Positions 1 to 10,174 of a stretch of DNA of 64,000 bases are shown piece after piece. Both the position numbers and the translations under genes were made by a program. Origin of the DNA: Escherichia coli O127:H6 str. E2348/69 (GTDB lineage: Bacteria > Pseudomonadota > Gammaproteobacteria > Enterobacterales > Enterobacteriaceae); assembly GCF_000026545.1 (NCBI RefSeq), contig NC_011601.1, one strand, 5' to 3'. The notes under the pieces were generated by a model. That model had not been told where the DNA came from. It ran no database searches and saw nothing but the letters and a program-made list of their open reading frames with translations. Position 1 is the first letter of the stretch. Each line of letters opens with the position of its first letter.

Positions 1-1170
<1,170 letters not shown>

Positions 1171-1190
<20 letters not shown>

Positions 1191-2220
1191 AATCACCTGT
1201 TGTGTTGATAAGTTCCCTGACAACGCTGGTTGCAAAACTTCCCGCCGGAAGCCAGAAACGGATTTCTACGGTGACATCATCCCACCAGTTCCAGCTTAAT
1301 TGTTGCGGATACAGCAGCATCGCTCTGCGCGCGGCTTCAACTTTTTCGCGCACCAGTAAGGTTTGTAATTCAGTTTCTTCGGCGACAGCTGCTTGTTCGA
1401 ATGCCAGCGCTTCACGCTGAGTTCCCCACTCGCCACTGCCCGGCAATGCGGCGGTTATCATCAGCTCTTTATCGTTGACGCGACGCTGTAATTCCGCCAG
1501 TTCTTCGGTGGTTGCGACAAACCAGCTACCACGTCCGGCTAATTGTAGCGCATCGCCGTCAACAACTTGATTAACGTCTGCTTTTTTGAGGCGCTCAGCA
1601 ACAATCTGATTAAAAAACGCACTGCGGGCTGCCGACAACCAAAAACTCCGTTTATTGCGATCGCGCACCGGAGTATTGGTTTGCGCCCAGCGCAGCGCAC
1701 CCTGCAAGTTGCTACCGCCAATCCCAAAACGTTGGGCACCGAAGTAGTTCGGTACACCTTTTACGCAAATATCGATCAGACGTTGTTCAACGTCATCGCG
1801 ATTGCTCACTTCGCGTAGTACCAGGGTAAAGGCGTTACCTTTCAGCGCCCCTAAACGCAGCTTGCGCTTGTGCCGCGCATACTGCAGCACCTGGCAGCCT
1901 TCCAGTTGAAAGGCGCTCAGATCGGGCATCTCTTTGCCCGGCACGCGAGCGCATAACCACTGTTCCGTAACAGCATGTTTATCTTTTTGCCCAGCGAAGC
2001 TGACTTCACGGGTATGAATTTTCAGGAATTTCGCCAGTGCATCCGCCACAAAACGGGTATTGCAGCCGTTTTTGAGGATTCTAACCAGAATATGCTCACC
2101 TTCACCATCAGGCTCAAAGCCCAAATCTTCCACCACCACAAAGTCTTCCGGATTGGCTTTCAGCAGCCCGGTGCCTTGCGGTTTACCGTGGAGGTAAGTG
2201 AGATTATCAAACTCAATCAT
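1171..2220 (-). CDS. truD: tRNA pseudouridine(13) synthase TruD
   Basis: 349-aa ORF starting [29 protein letters not shown]. Same length and position as K-12 TruD. Overlaps the surE start. Confidence 0.95.
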
Positions 2221-2696
2221 TTTGTTGCCTTAATGAGTAGCGCCACCGCTTCACAGGCAATCCCTTCCCCACGTCCGGTAAATCCCAGTTTTTCCGTAGT
2301 AGTGGCTTTCACGTTAACATCATCCATATGGCAGCCGAGATCTTCGGCAATAAACACGCGCATTTGTGGAATGTGCGGCAACATCTTCGGTGCCTGAGCG
2401 ATGATAGTGACATCGACGTTGCCGAGGGCATAACCTTTCGCCTGAATACGACGCCAGGCTTCGCGCAACAGCTCGCGGCTGTCGGCACCTTTAAATGCCG
2501 GATCGGTATCCGGGAACAGCTTGCCGATATCTCCCTGCGCCGCCGCGCCAAGCAATGCATCGGTCAACGCATGGAGCGCCACGTCGCCATCAGAATGCGC
2601 CAGCAATCCTTTTTCGTAAGGAATGCGTACGCCACCAATGATAATTGGGCCTTCACCGCCAAAGGCGTGTACGTCAAAACCGTGTCCAATTCGCAT
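2217..2696 (-). CDS. ispF: 2-C-methyl-D-erythritol 2,4-cyclodiphosphate synthase
   Basis: 159-aa ORF starting [14 protein letters not shown]...[10 protein letters not shown], the IspF signature. ATGA overlap with truD. Confidence 0.96.
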   Translation of the reverse strand: MRIGHGFDVHAFGGEGPIIIGGVRIPYEKGLLAHSDGDVALHALTDALLGAAAQGDIGKLFPDTDPAFKGADSRELLREAWRRIQAKGYALGNVDVTIIAQAPKMLPHIPQMRVFIAEDLGCHMDDVNVKATTTEKLGFTGRGEGIACEAVALLIKATK

Positions 2697-3406
2697 TATG
2701 TATTCTCCTGATGGATGGTTCGGGTGAGGTAAAATTCGGCCAGCGCCAAATCCTCCGGGCGCGTTACCTTGATGTTATCCGCGCGGCCTTCAACAAGTTG
2801 CGGATGAAAACCGCAATATTCCAGCGCCGAGGCCTCATCGGTAATGGTAGCGCCTTCATTTAGAGCGCGCGTCAGGCAGTCATGTAACAGCTCACGAGGG
2901 AAAAATTGCGGCGTCAGTGCGTGCCATAAGCCATTGCGATCAACGGTGTGAGCAATGGCATTTTTACCCGTCTCGGCGCGTTTCATCGTATCGCGCACCG
3001 GCGCAGCGAGGATCCCTCCCGTGCGGCTGGTTTCGCTCAACGCCAACAGGCGCGCGAGGTCATCCTGATGCAGACAAGGACGAGCGGCGTCATGCACCAA
3101 TACCCACTGCGCGTCGCCAGCGGCTTTCAGACCTGCCAGCACGGAATCGGCACGCTCTTCACCACCATCAACAACCGTGATTTGTGGATGATTCGCCAGA
3201 GGAAGTTGTGCAAAGCGGCTATCGCCAGGACTTATGGCAATGACGACACGTTTCACCCTGGGATGCGCCAGCAGCGCATGCACCGAGTGTTCAAGAATGG
3301 TTTGATTACCGATTGAGAGATATTGCTTAGGACATTCCGTTTGCATTCGGCGGCCAAATCCGGCCGCCGGAACCACGGCGCAAACATCCAAATGAGTAGT
3401 TGCCAT
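2696..3406 (-). CDS. ispD: 2-C-methyl-D-erythritol 4-phosphate cytidylyltransferase
   Basis: 236-aa ORF containing [11 protein letters not shown], the cytidylyltransferase P-loop-like motif. Adjacent to and overlapping ispF. Confidence 0.96.
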   Translation of the reverse strand: MATTHLDVCAVVPAAGFGRRMQTECPKQYLSIGNQTILEHSVHALLAHPRVKRVVIAISPGDSRFAQLPLANHPQITVVDGGEERADSVLAGLKAAGDAQWVLVHDAARPCLHQDDLARLLALSETSRTGGILAAPVRDTMKRAETGKNAIAHTVDRNGLWHALTPQFFPRELLHDCLTRALNEGATITDEASALEYCGFHPQLVEGRADNIKVTRPEDLALAEFYLTRTIHQENT

Positions 3407-3424
3407 GTTAATTCCCGGGCTGAT

Positions 3425-3736
3425 TTATCGATTGTTTTGCCCCGCAGACTGTGCGCGCTTTGACGCGTCAGGCACCAGACGATAAAACGTTTCGCCCGGC
3501 CTGGTCATGCTGAGTTCATTACGCGCACGCTCTTCGAGCGCCTCCTGGCCGCCATTGAGATCGTCAATTTCGGCAAAAAGCTGATCGTTTCGCGCTTTAA
3601 GTTTCGCGTTTGTAGCTTGCTGTGCCGCCACATCATTATTGACGCGAGTATAGTCATGTATACCGTTCTTACCGAACCACAGCGAATACTGTAGCCAGAC
3701 CAGAATAGCCAGCAACAGCAGCGTTAGTTTACCCAT
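3425..3736 (-). CDS. ftsB: cell division protein FtsB
   Basis: 103-aa ORF with an N-terminal TM segment ([18 protein letters not shown]) followed by a coiled coil. Lies upstream of ispD as in K-12. Confidence 0.94.
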
Positions 3737-3928
3737 CCTGCCCCCTGAAAAACGGCATCTTCATCCCATGCATCCGAAGACGACTCTACATCCTCTGTTG
3801 GGGATACCGCGACAACGCGGGCAAATGTACCACATTTGTCCATTGTTACGTATACCCAGGGCGTGCAGAACATAATCTCATTATTAGTTACGGATTGAAT
3901 TATGAACAGAATAGAGAGGAAAGAACAA

Positions 3929-4252
3929 TTAACCCAGTAGCCACATAAACAGCGCACCAAACATAATGCCAACCGTCGCCAGAGTGAAAACAATACTGTA
4001 GCGTAGCTTTCCGTCCATCAATGAATGCAGTGCAATCCCCACCACCACTGCGACGGGCATCAGCGCCAGAAAGAAAGGCCAGGTGTAGATAAAAAAGAGC
4101 AGCGTGTTAGAGCCATAAATCAACATCGGAATTGCCAACGCGCACAGCCACGATAAAAAACCAACCACAGCGCCTGGCAGCGACCATGTGGTGTCTTCAA
4201 CCTCAGTAAGGCTGTCGTTATTTGTTAATGTAATGTTGTGGCTGTTACGCAT
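3929..4252 (-). CDS. ygbE: small inner-membrane protein YgbE (DUF3561)
   Basis: 107-aa ORF with three hydrophobic segments. Position between cysC and ftsB. Confidence 0.85.
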   Translation of the reverse strand: MRNSHNITLTNNDSLTEVEDTTWSLPGAVVGFLSWLCALAIPMLIYGSNTLLFFIYTWPFFLALMPVAVVVGIALHSLMDGKLRYSIVFTLATVGIMFGALFMWLLG

Positions 4253-4301
4253 ATCTGATCCTGTTACTTTGACGAACCGGGCATGAAAACCCGGTGGTGT
4301 C

Positions 4302-4907
4302 TCAGGATCTGATAATATCGTTCTGTCTCAACAGATCTAATAATTGCTGTACCAAATTTGTTACTAATTGTTCACCATTGAGATGAATTTCTGCCGATTC
4401 AGGCGCTTCGTAAACGGAATCTATTCCCGTAAAGTTGCGCAGTTCACCGGCACGCGCTTTCTTATATAAACCTTTTGGATCGCGGGCTTCGCAAATCGCC
4501 AGCGGCGTATCGACAAACACTTCGATAAAGCGCCCTTCTCCTACGCGTTCGCGAACCATCTGGCGTTCGGCGCGGTGTGGCGAGATAAATGCGGTCAGCA
4601 CCACCAGTCCGGCTTCAACCATCAAATTCGCCACTTCACCGACGCGACGGATATTCTCTTTACGGTCGGCATCGCTAAAACCGAGATCGCTGCATAATCC
4701 GTGGCGAACATTGTCGCCATCCAGCAGATACGTACTGACGCCAAGTTTATGTAACGCCTCCTCCAGCGCCCCCGCGACGGTTGATTTACCGGAACCAGAG
4801 AGGCCGGTAAACCACAGCACAACACCACGATGACCGTGGTGCTGTTCGCGTTGTTGCGGAGTTACTGGGTGGCTATGCCAGACGACGTTTTCGTCATGCA
4901 GCGCCAT
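4302..4907 (-). CDS. cysC: adenylylsulfate (APS) kinase
   Basis: 201-aa ORF with P-loop GLSGSGKST. The start overlaps the cysN stop. Confidence 0.96.
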   Translation of the reverse strand: MALHDENVVWHSHPVTPQQREQHHGHRGVVLWFTGLSGSGKSTVAGALEEALHKLGVSTYLLDGDNVRHGLCSDLGFSDADRKENIRRVGEVANLMVEAGLVVLTAFISPHRAERQMVRERVGEGRFIEVFVDTPLAICEARDPKGLYKKARAGELRNFTGIDSVYEAPESAEIHLNGEQLVTNLVQQLLDLLRQNDIIRS

Positions 4908-6334
4908 TATTTATCTCCTAGCAAATCGCGCGCGCCCCAGTGCGGAAAGTGGCGGCGAACCAGAGCATTCAATTCCAGTTCGAATACACTGAATTGAGAT
5001 GGCGCAGCAGTTGCCTGGCTAACTGGCTCGTGCACCATACCGGCACCTACGGTCACATTGCTCAGGCGATCGATTAAAATCAGCCCACCGGTCACCGGAT
5101 TTTGCTGATAACGATCTAACACCAGTGGCTCGTCAAAAGTGAGATCCACCAGGCCGATGCCGTTCAGCGGCAGGTTTTCAACTTCGCGTTGGGTAAGGTT
5201 ATTGATATCAACCTGATAACGAATGCCATCAACACGAGCACGCGTCTTCTTACCGGCAATTTTGATGTCATAACTCTGGCCCGGGGAAAGCGGCTGTTCC
5301 GCCATCCATACCACATCCACCGACGCGCTCTGCACAGCCGGTAACGTTTCGTCTGCCGCCAGCAGCAGATCGCCACGGCTAATGTCGATCTCATCCGTCA
5401 GCACCAGGGTGATCGCTTCTCCGGCAAAGGCTTCTTCGCGATCGCCATCAAAAGTCACGATCCGCGCGACGTTTGATTCCACACCAGAGGGCAGCACTTT
5501 GACACGTTGCCCGACTTCCACGCGACCGGATGCCAGCGTTCCGGCGTAGCCACGAAAATCGAGATTCGGACGGTTAACGTACTGCACCGGGAAGCGCATT
5601 GGCTGAGCATCCACCACTCGCTGGATCTCCACGGTTTCCAGCACTTCCAGCAGTGTCGGACCGCTGTACCACGGCATACTTTCACTTTGCGAAGCCACGT
5701 TGTCGCCTTCCAGTGCGGAGAGCGGCACAAAGCGGATATCCAGATTACCCGGCAGCAGCCCGGCAAAAGTCAGATAATCTTCACGAATACGGGTGAACGT
5801 CTCTTCACTGTAATCCACCAGATCCATTTTGTTGATCGCCACGACCAGATGTTTGATCCCCAACAGTGTGGAGATAAAACTGTGACGACGGGTTTGATCG
5901 AGCACGCCTTTACGGGCATCGATCAGTAAGATCGCCAGTTCACATGTCGATGCGCCAGTCGCCATATTGCGGGTGTACTGCTCGTGCCCTGGGGTGTCGG
6001 CGATAATAAATTTACGCTTCTCGGTAGAGAAATAGCGGTAGGCCACATCAATAGTGATGCCCTGTTCGCGCTCAGCTTGCAGGCCGTCCACCAGCAGTGC
6101 CAGATCCAGCTTTTCGCCCTGGGTGCCGTGACGCTTACTGTCGTTATGCAGCGATGAGAGCTGATCTTCGTAGATTTGGCGGGTATCGTGCAGCAGGCGA
6201 CCAATCAGGGTACTTTTGCCGTCATCGACGCTACCACAGGTCAGAAAACGCAGCAGGCTTTTATGTTGTTGCGCAATCATCCAGGCTTCGACGCCGCCTT
6301 CATTGGCGATTTGTTGTGCAAGTGCGGTGTTCAT
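4907..6334 (-). CDS. cysN: sulfate adenylyltransferase subunit 1 (GTPase)
   Basis: 475-aa ORF with GTPase motifs [14 protein letters not shown] and NKMD. Confidence 0.97.
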   Translation of the reverse strand: MNTALAQQIANEGGVEAWMIAQQHKSLLRFLTCGSVDDGKSTLIGRLLHDTRQIYEDQLSSLHNDSKRHGTQGEKLDLALLVDGLQAEREQGITIDVAYRYFSTEKRKFIIADTPGHEQYTRNMATGASTCELAILLIDARKGVLDQTRRHSFISTLLGIKHLVVAINKMDLVDYSEETFTRIREDYLTFAGLLPGNLDIRFVPLSALEGDNVASQSESMPWYSGPTLLEVLETVEIQRVVDAQPMRFPVQYVNRPNLDFRGYAGTLASGRVEVGQRVKVLPSGVESNVARIVTFDGDREEAFAGEAITLVLTDEIDISRGDLLLAADETLPAVQSASVDVVWMAEQPLSPGQSYDIKIAGKKTRARVDGIRYQVDINNLTQREVENLPLNGIGLVDLTFDEPLVLDRYQQNPVTGGLILIDRLSNVTVGAGMVHEPVSQATAAPSQFSVFELELNALVRRHFPHWGARDLLGDK

Positions 6335-6335
6335 C

Positions 6336-7244
6336 TTAAAAATACCCCTGACGTTTTTTCAGCTCCATAGACCCCGCCTGGTCGCGGTCAATCACGCGGC
6401 CCTGACGTTCACTGGTGGTGGAAACCAGCATCTCTTCGATGATCTCCGGCAGTGTTTGTGCATTTGACTCCACCGCACCGGTCAGCGGCCAGCAGCCCAG
6501 CGTACGGAAACGCACCATCCGTTTTTTAATCACTTCGCCCGGTTGCAGGTCGATACGGTTGTCATCAATCATCATCAACATACCGTCGCGTTCCAGAACC
6601 GGACGTTCCGCAGCGAGATACAGCGGCACAATGTCGATATTTTCCAGCCAGATGTATTGCCAGATATCCTGCTCGGTCCAGTTAGAGAGCGGGAAGACGC
6701 GGATGCTTTCGCCTTTGTTAATTTGCCCGTTGTAGTTGTGCCACAGCTCCGGGCGCTGATTTTTCGGATCCCAGCGATGGAAGCGGTCACGGAAAGAGTA
6801 GATTCGCTCTTTAGCGCGGGATTTCTCTTCGTCACGGCGCGCGCCACCGAAGGCGGCATCAAAACCGTATTTGTTCAGCGCCTGTTTCAGGCCTTCGGTT
6901 TTCATAATATCGGTATGTTTCGCGCTGCCGTGTACGAATGGATTAATCCCCATCGCCACGCCTTCCGGGTTTTTATGCACCAGCAGCTCGCAGCCGTAGG
7001 CTTTCGCCGTACGATCGCGGAACTCATACATCTCGCGGAATTTCCAGCCGGTATCGACATGCAGCAACGGGAAAGGCAGCGTACCTGGATAAAACGCCTT
7101 GCGCGCCAGATGCAGCATGACGCTGGAATCTTTACCGATAGAGTAGAGCATCACCGGATTTGAGAATTCTGCAGCCACCTCGCGAATAATGTGGATGCTT
7201 TCCGCCTCCAGTTGCCGCAGGTGGGTAAGTCGTTTTTGATCCAT
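6336..7244 (-). CDS. cysD: sulfate adenylyltransferase subunit 2
   Basis: 302-aa ORF of the PAPS-reductase/ATP-sulfurylase small-subunit family ([12 protein letters not shown]). Lies directly upstream of cysN. Confidence 0.97.
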   Translation of the reverse strand: MDQKRLTHLRQLEAESIHIIREVAAEFSNPVMLYSIGKDSSVMLHLARKAFYPGTLPFPLLHVDTGWKFREMYEFRDRTAKAYGCELLVHKNPEGVAMGINPFVHGSAKHTDIMKTEGLKQALNKYGFDAAFGGARRDEEKSRAKERIYSFRDRFHRWDPKNQRPELWHNYNGQINKGESIRVFPLSNWTEQDIWQYIWLENIDIVPLYLAAERPVLERDGMLMMIDDNRIDLQPGEVIKKRMVRFRTLGCWPLTGAVESNAQTLPEIIEEMLVSTTSERQGRVIDRDQAGSMELKKRQGYF

Positions 7245-7495
7245 AACCGTTCCTTTGCAATACCGCTATTTTCTTGCCATCAGATGTTTCGACTATAGGG
7301 AGCGTAAGAGAACGAATGAAATTACCAATTAGAATGAGTAGTTCCTTAACGGAATAACGATTTGGCAAAGCTAATATCAAAAAGTGCTTAAGGCACCGGA
7401 TTTCGGGCGTTTAGGAAGATTTGAAATTGTTTTAGCGCAGCGGCAGTTTCATACTATGGCGGTAAAAAAATTTGCATGGTATTTAAGGACTCACT

Positions 7496-8533
7496 ATGTT
7501 TTCCGCATTGCGCCACCGTACCGCTGCCCTGGCGCTCGGCGTATGCTTTATTCTCCCCGTACACGCCTCGTCACCTAAACCTGGCGATTTTGCTAATACC
7601 CAGGCACGACATATTGCTACTTTCTTTCCGGGACGCATGACCGGAACTCCTGCAGAAATGTTATCTGCCGATTATATTCGCCAACAGTTTCAGCAAATGG
7701 GTTATCGCAGTGATATTCGGACATTTAATAGTCGGTATATTTATACCGCCCGCGATAATCGCAAGAGCTGGCATAACGTGACGGGAAGTACGGTGATTGC
7801 CGCTCATGAAGGCAAAGCGCCGCAGCAGATCATCATTATGGCGCATCTGGATACTTACGCCCCGCTGAGCGATGCTGACGCCGATGCCAATCTCGGCGGG
7901 CTAACGTTACAAGGAATGGATGATAACGCCGCAGGTTTAGGTGTCATGCTGGAACTGGCTGAACGCCTGAAAAATACGCCTACCGAGTATGGTATTCGAT
8001 TTGTGGCGACCAGCGGCGAAGAGGAAGGAAAATTAGGCGCTGAGAATTTACTCAAGCGGATGAGTGACACCGAAAAGAAAAATACGCTGCTGGTGATTAA
8101 TCTCGATAACTTAATTGTTGGCGATAAGCTGTATTTCAACAGTGGCGTAAAAACACCTGAAGCAGTAAGGAAATTAACGCGCGACCGGGCGCTGGCAATT
8201 GCCCGCAGCCATGGAATTGCCGCCACCACAAATCCAGGTTTGAATAAAAACTATCCGAAAGGCACCGGGTGTTGTAATGACGCAGAAATATTCGACAAAG
8301 CCGGTATTGCTGTACTTTCGGTGGAAGCGACTAACTGGAATCTTGGCAATAAGGATGGTTATCAGCAACGCGCAAAAACAGCCGCATTCCCTGCAGGAAA
8401 TAGCTGGCATGACGTAAGACTGGATAATCAACAGCATATTGATAAGGCACTTCCTGGAAGAATAGAACGCCGCTGCCGTGATGTTATGCGGATAATGCTA
8501 CCGCTGGTGAAGGAGCTGGCGAAGGCATCTTAA
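7496..8533 (+). CDS. iap: alkaline phosphatase isozyme conversion aminopeptidase (M28 family)
   Basis: 345-aa ORF with a signal peptide (AALALGVCFILPVHA) and M28 metal-ligand region (HLDT...DDNAAG...GEEEG). Divergent from cysD as in K-12. Confidence 0.93.
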   Translation: MFSALRHRTAALALGVCFILPVHASSPKPGDFANTQARHIATFFPGRMTGTPAEMLSADYIRQQFQQMGYRSDIRTFNSRYIYTARDNRKSWHNVTGSTVIAAHEGKAPQQIIIMAHLDTYAPLSDADADANLGGLTLQGMDDNAAGLGVMLELAERLKNTPTEYGIRFVATSGEEEGKLGAENLLKRMSDTEKKNTLLVINLDNLIVGDKLYFNSGVKTPEAVRKLTRDRALAIARSHGIAATTNPGLNKNYPKGTGCCNDAEIFDKAGIAVLSVEATNWNLGNKDGYQQRAKTAAFPAGNSWHDVRLDNQQHIDKALPGRIERRCRDVMRIMLPLVKELAKAS

Positions 8534-8593
8534 TGGGTTTGAAATGATTACTCCCTTGCCTGCAGGAAATCAATGCCACCAGAAACAGAGTAT

Positions 8594-8657
8594 AAAAAAG
8601 GGTGCAGGAGACCAAACCATCACAATTCAGTACGCGGGGTTTTACCCCGCGTGGTGG
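8594..8657 (-). other. hok mRNA 3' UTR: stem-loop plus putative fbi (fold-back) element ending in a U-run
   Basis: Minus strand after the hok stop reads CCACCACGCGGGGTAAAACCCCGCGTAC...GGTCTCCTGCACCCTTTTTT. There is a hairpin CGCGGGG/CCCCGCG (8633-8651). The 3' segment GGUCUCCUGCACCC can pair with the proposed 5' end GGGUGCUUGAGGCU at 10053-10040 (6 bp + 2-nt bulge + 6 bp, including G-U pairs). Confidence 0.55.
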
Positions 8658-8810
8658 CTACTTCTTCGATTCGTAAGCGAGAACTGCCTTAAACTCCATA
8701 CCACGTTCTCTGATACTCAACTCACACAACGAGTCGCCTACCATCAACGTGAATCCCAGTACTGTACAACACAGTACGATGATTGCCACAAGGGCATATT
8801 TTGTCAGCAT
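8658..8810 (-). CDS. Hok/Gef-family type I toxin (50 aa); coding frame intact but separated from its own SD, leader and promoter by the IS
   Basis: My own translation of the minus strand is [50 protein letters not shown]. It has an N-terminal TM helix, the conserved SLCE cysteine motif and a C-terminal AYES-K tail as in Hok of plasmid R1, and closely resembles K-12 HokE as I recall it. It falls below the 60-aa cutoff of the ORF track. Confidence 0.85.
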   Translation of the reverse strand: MLTKYALVAIIVLCCTVLGFTLMVGDSLCELSIRERGMEFKAVLAYESKK

Positions 8811-8813
8811 GTC

Positions 8814-9909
8814 TGTGTAAGTTCACAGAGATATTGCAATTGCCTCCGGATAAGTAAGGGGAGATTGCACTATGCAAATGCAGCATCTGATGGTTGGCTA
8901 TCCTAAGTACTACCAAACGGCCGATTATGCGTTGAGGCTTTCAGTGATGGCTGATATAGCAACAATGAGAATGAAGGCTCTGCACTTCTGGGATAAACAC
9001 GGTATTTCTGCAGCTTCTGAAGCCTTTGGCGTGTCCTGCCGCACGCTTTACTGGTGGCGTCAGTTACTGAACAAGGAAGGACCTGAGGGGCTAATCCCGC
9101 ACAGTAAGGCACCTCTGGTGCGACGAAAAAAACACTGGCATCCCGATGTGCTGAAAGAGATTCGACGCCTCAGGACAGAGCTGCCGAACCTCGGTAAAGA
9201 GCAGATTTTTGTTCGCCTGAAGCCCTGGTGCGAACAGCGCTATCTGGCCTGTCCGAGTGTTTCCACCATCGGCAGAATGATCGCTGCCGCACATGATAAA
9301 ATGCGGATGATACCTGTGCGTCTGGGATCGCGGGGGAAGGCACTGCTTGTCAAAAAGCGGTCTGCCAAACCCCGCAGGCCAAAGCACTACCGCCCGGTAA
9401 AGACAGGTGAGCTCATTGGGATGGACGCCATTGAGCTCAGAATGGGCGAACTGCGTCGCTATGTCATCACCATGATCGACGAATGCAGCAATTACGCGCT
9501 GGCGCTGGCTGTGCCGTCACTCAACAGTGATATCGTCAATCACTTCTTCAGCCGCGCAGCCCGGTTGTTCCCGGTCGGTATCAGCCAGATAATCACAGAT
9601 AACGGAAAAGAGTTCCTGGGAAACTTCGACAAAACGCTGCAGGAAGCCGCTATCAAACACCTCTGGACCTATCCCTACACGCCAAAAATGAACGCTATCT
9701 GTGAACGTTTTAACCGGACGTTAAGAGAGCAGTTTATTGAATTTAATGAGATTTTACTCTTTGAAGATCTGGCGCTATTTAACCAGAAGCTGGCGGAATA
9801 TCTGGTGCTGTATAACAGCAAAAGACCCCACAAGGCGCTCGCACTAATGACGCCCGTGGAATATATTTTAAAAGAGAATAAAAATTGCAATATGTGGTGG
9901 ACCCATACA
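8814..9909 (+). mobile_element. ~1.1 kb insertion sequence, single-ORF DDE (rve) transposase, IS481-like (IS3 superfamily)
   Basis: Imperfect terminal inverted repeats: left TGTGTAAGTTCACAGAGATATTGCAATT, and reverse complement of the right end TGTATGGGTCCACCACATATTGCAATT (TGT...ACA ends, about 20 of 28 matches, one indel). Flanked by a 5-bp direct repeat ATGTC (8809-8813 and 9910-9914). Confidence 0.8.
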
Positions 9910-10146
9910 ATGTCTTGCCTCCTTGCAAAGAAGAGACTAACATCCGAATTGCTTAGGTTCGAACGTAGGCCTCAGGTTGATAGAAATATCGCCTGGGGCT
10001 TTTGTCCATCTGGAACCTCGCGAATGCTTAACGCCAGACAGCCTCAAGCACCCAACGCCATTCTATACCTGTTAATTTTCCCTGCGATGTTCACCTTTAA
10101 ATGCCGGAATGCTGCTCGCAAAATAAAAACGCCCCATCATTTCTGA
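8872..10146 (+). CDS. IS transposase (HTH + rve/DDE integrase core); the ORF runs through the right IR, and the last ~79 codons are read-through into flanking DNA
   Basis: 424-aa ORF with SD AAGGGGAG 9 nt upstream. It has an N-terminal HTH region (GVSCRTLYWWRQ) and a DDE triad context (IGMDAIE ... ITDNGKEF ... YTPKMNAICERFNRTLREQF). No stop codon occurs before the IS end at 9909. Confidence 0.8.
   Translation: MQMQHLMVGYPKYYQTADYALRLSVMADIATMRMKALHFWDKHGISAASEAFGVSCRTLYWWRQLLNKEGPEGLIPHSKAPLVRRKKHWHPDVLKEIRRLRTELPNLGKEQIFVRLKPWCEQRYLACPSVSTIGRMIAAAHDKMRMIPVRLGSRGKALLVKKRSAKPRRPKHYRPVKTGELIGMDAIELRMGELRRYVITMIDECSNYALALAVPSLNSDIVNHFFSRAARLFPVGISQIITDNGKEFLGNFDKTLQEAAIKHLWTYPYTPKMNAICERFNRTLREQFIEFNEILLFEDLALFNQKLAEYLVLYNSKRPHKALALMTPVEYILKENKNCNMWWTHTMSCLLAKKRLTSELLRFERRPQVDRNIAWGFCPSGTSRMLNARQPQAPNAILYLLIFPAMFTFKCRNAARKIKTPHHF
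9915..10065 (-). promoter_or_regulatory. orphaned hok promoter and leader (tac 5' end, small mok-like leader ORFs, Sok target, hok SD)
   Basis: Minus strand reads TAGAAT (-10, 10065-10060), then 6 nt, then GGGTGCTTGAGGCTGTCTGG (compare the R1 hok 5' end GGCGCTTGAGGCTTTCTG as I recall it) ... CTTTGCAAGGAGGCAAGACAT. Joining across one copy of the ATGTC duplication restores AAGGAGGCAAGACATGCTGACA, that is SD plus 6 nt plus the hok ATG. Confidence 0.65.
9950..10004 (+). ncRNA. candidate Sok-like antisense RNA (~55-65 nt)
   Basis: Plus-strand promoter with -35 TTGCCT (9915-9920), 17-nt spacer and -10 TAACAT (9938-9943). Terminator hairpin GCCUCAGG/CCUGGGGC (9969-9999) followed by UUUU (10000-10003). 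The RNA is fully antisense to the hok leader. The ends are predicted, not measured. Confidence 0.5.
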
Positions 10147-10157
10147 CAGAGGCGTTT
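10127..10157 (-). terminator. intrinsic terminator downstream of cysH
   Basis: Minus strand reads AAACGCC-17 nt loop-GGCGTTT followed by TTATTTT, 18 nt after the cysH stop. Confidence 0.55.
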
Positions 10158-10174
10158 AATTTATCCGGCAATAT

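Noticed and set aside
3724-3993. 89-aa minus-strand ORF between ftsB and ygbE
   Set aside because: It overlaps the 3' end of ygbE and the 5' end of ftsB in other frames. It has a Cys/Leu-rich implausible composition and no SD. It is most likely the ftsB promoter and leader region.
8631-8653. CGCGGGGTTTTACCCCGCG, which superficially resembles the palindromic core of the E. coli type I-E CRISPR repeat, right next to iap
   Set aside because: It is a single copy with no spacer-repeat periodicity. It lacks the repeat ends (GAGTTCCCCGCGCCAGCGGGGATAAACCG as I recall). It fits better as the stem-loop in the hok 3' UTR.
8544-8916. Track ORFs 8544..8906 (+, 120 aa) and 8722..8916 (-, 64 aa) in the iap-cysH gap
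   Set aside because: The plus-strand ORF is antisense to the hok gene and crosses the IS boundary. The minus-strand ORF starts inside the IS and crosses its left end into hok in another frame. I considered it as a mok reading frame, but its 5' part is IS sequence, so it is an insertion artefact. Neither respects the element boundary at 8814.
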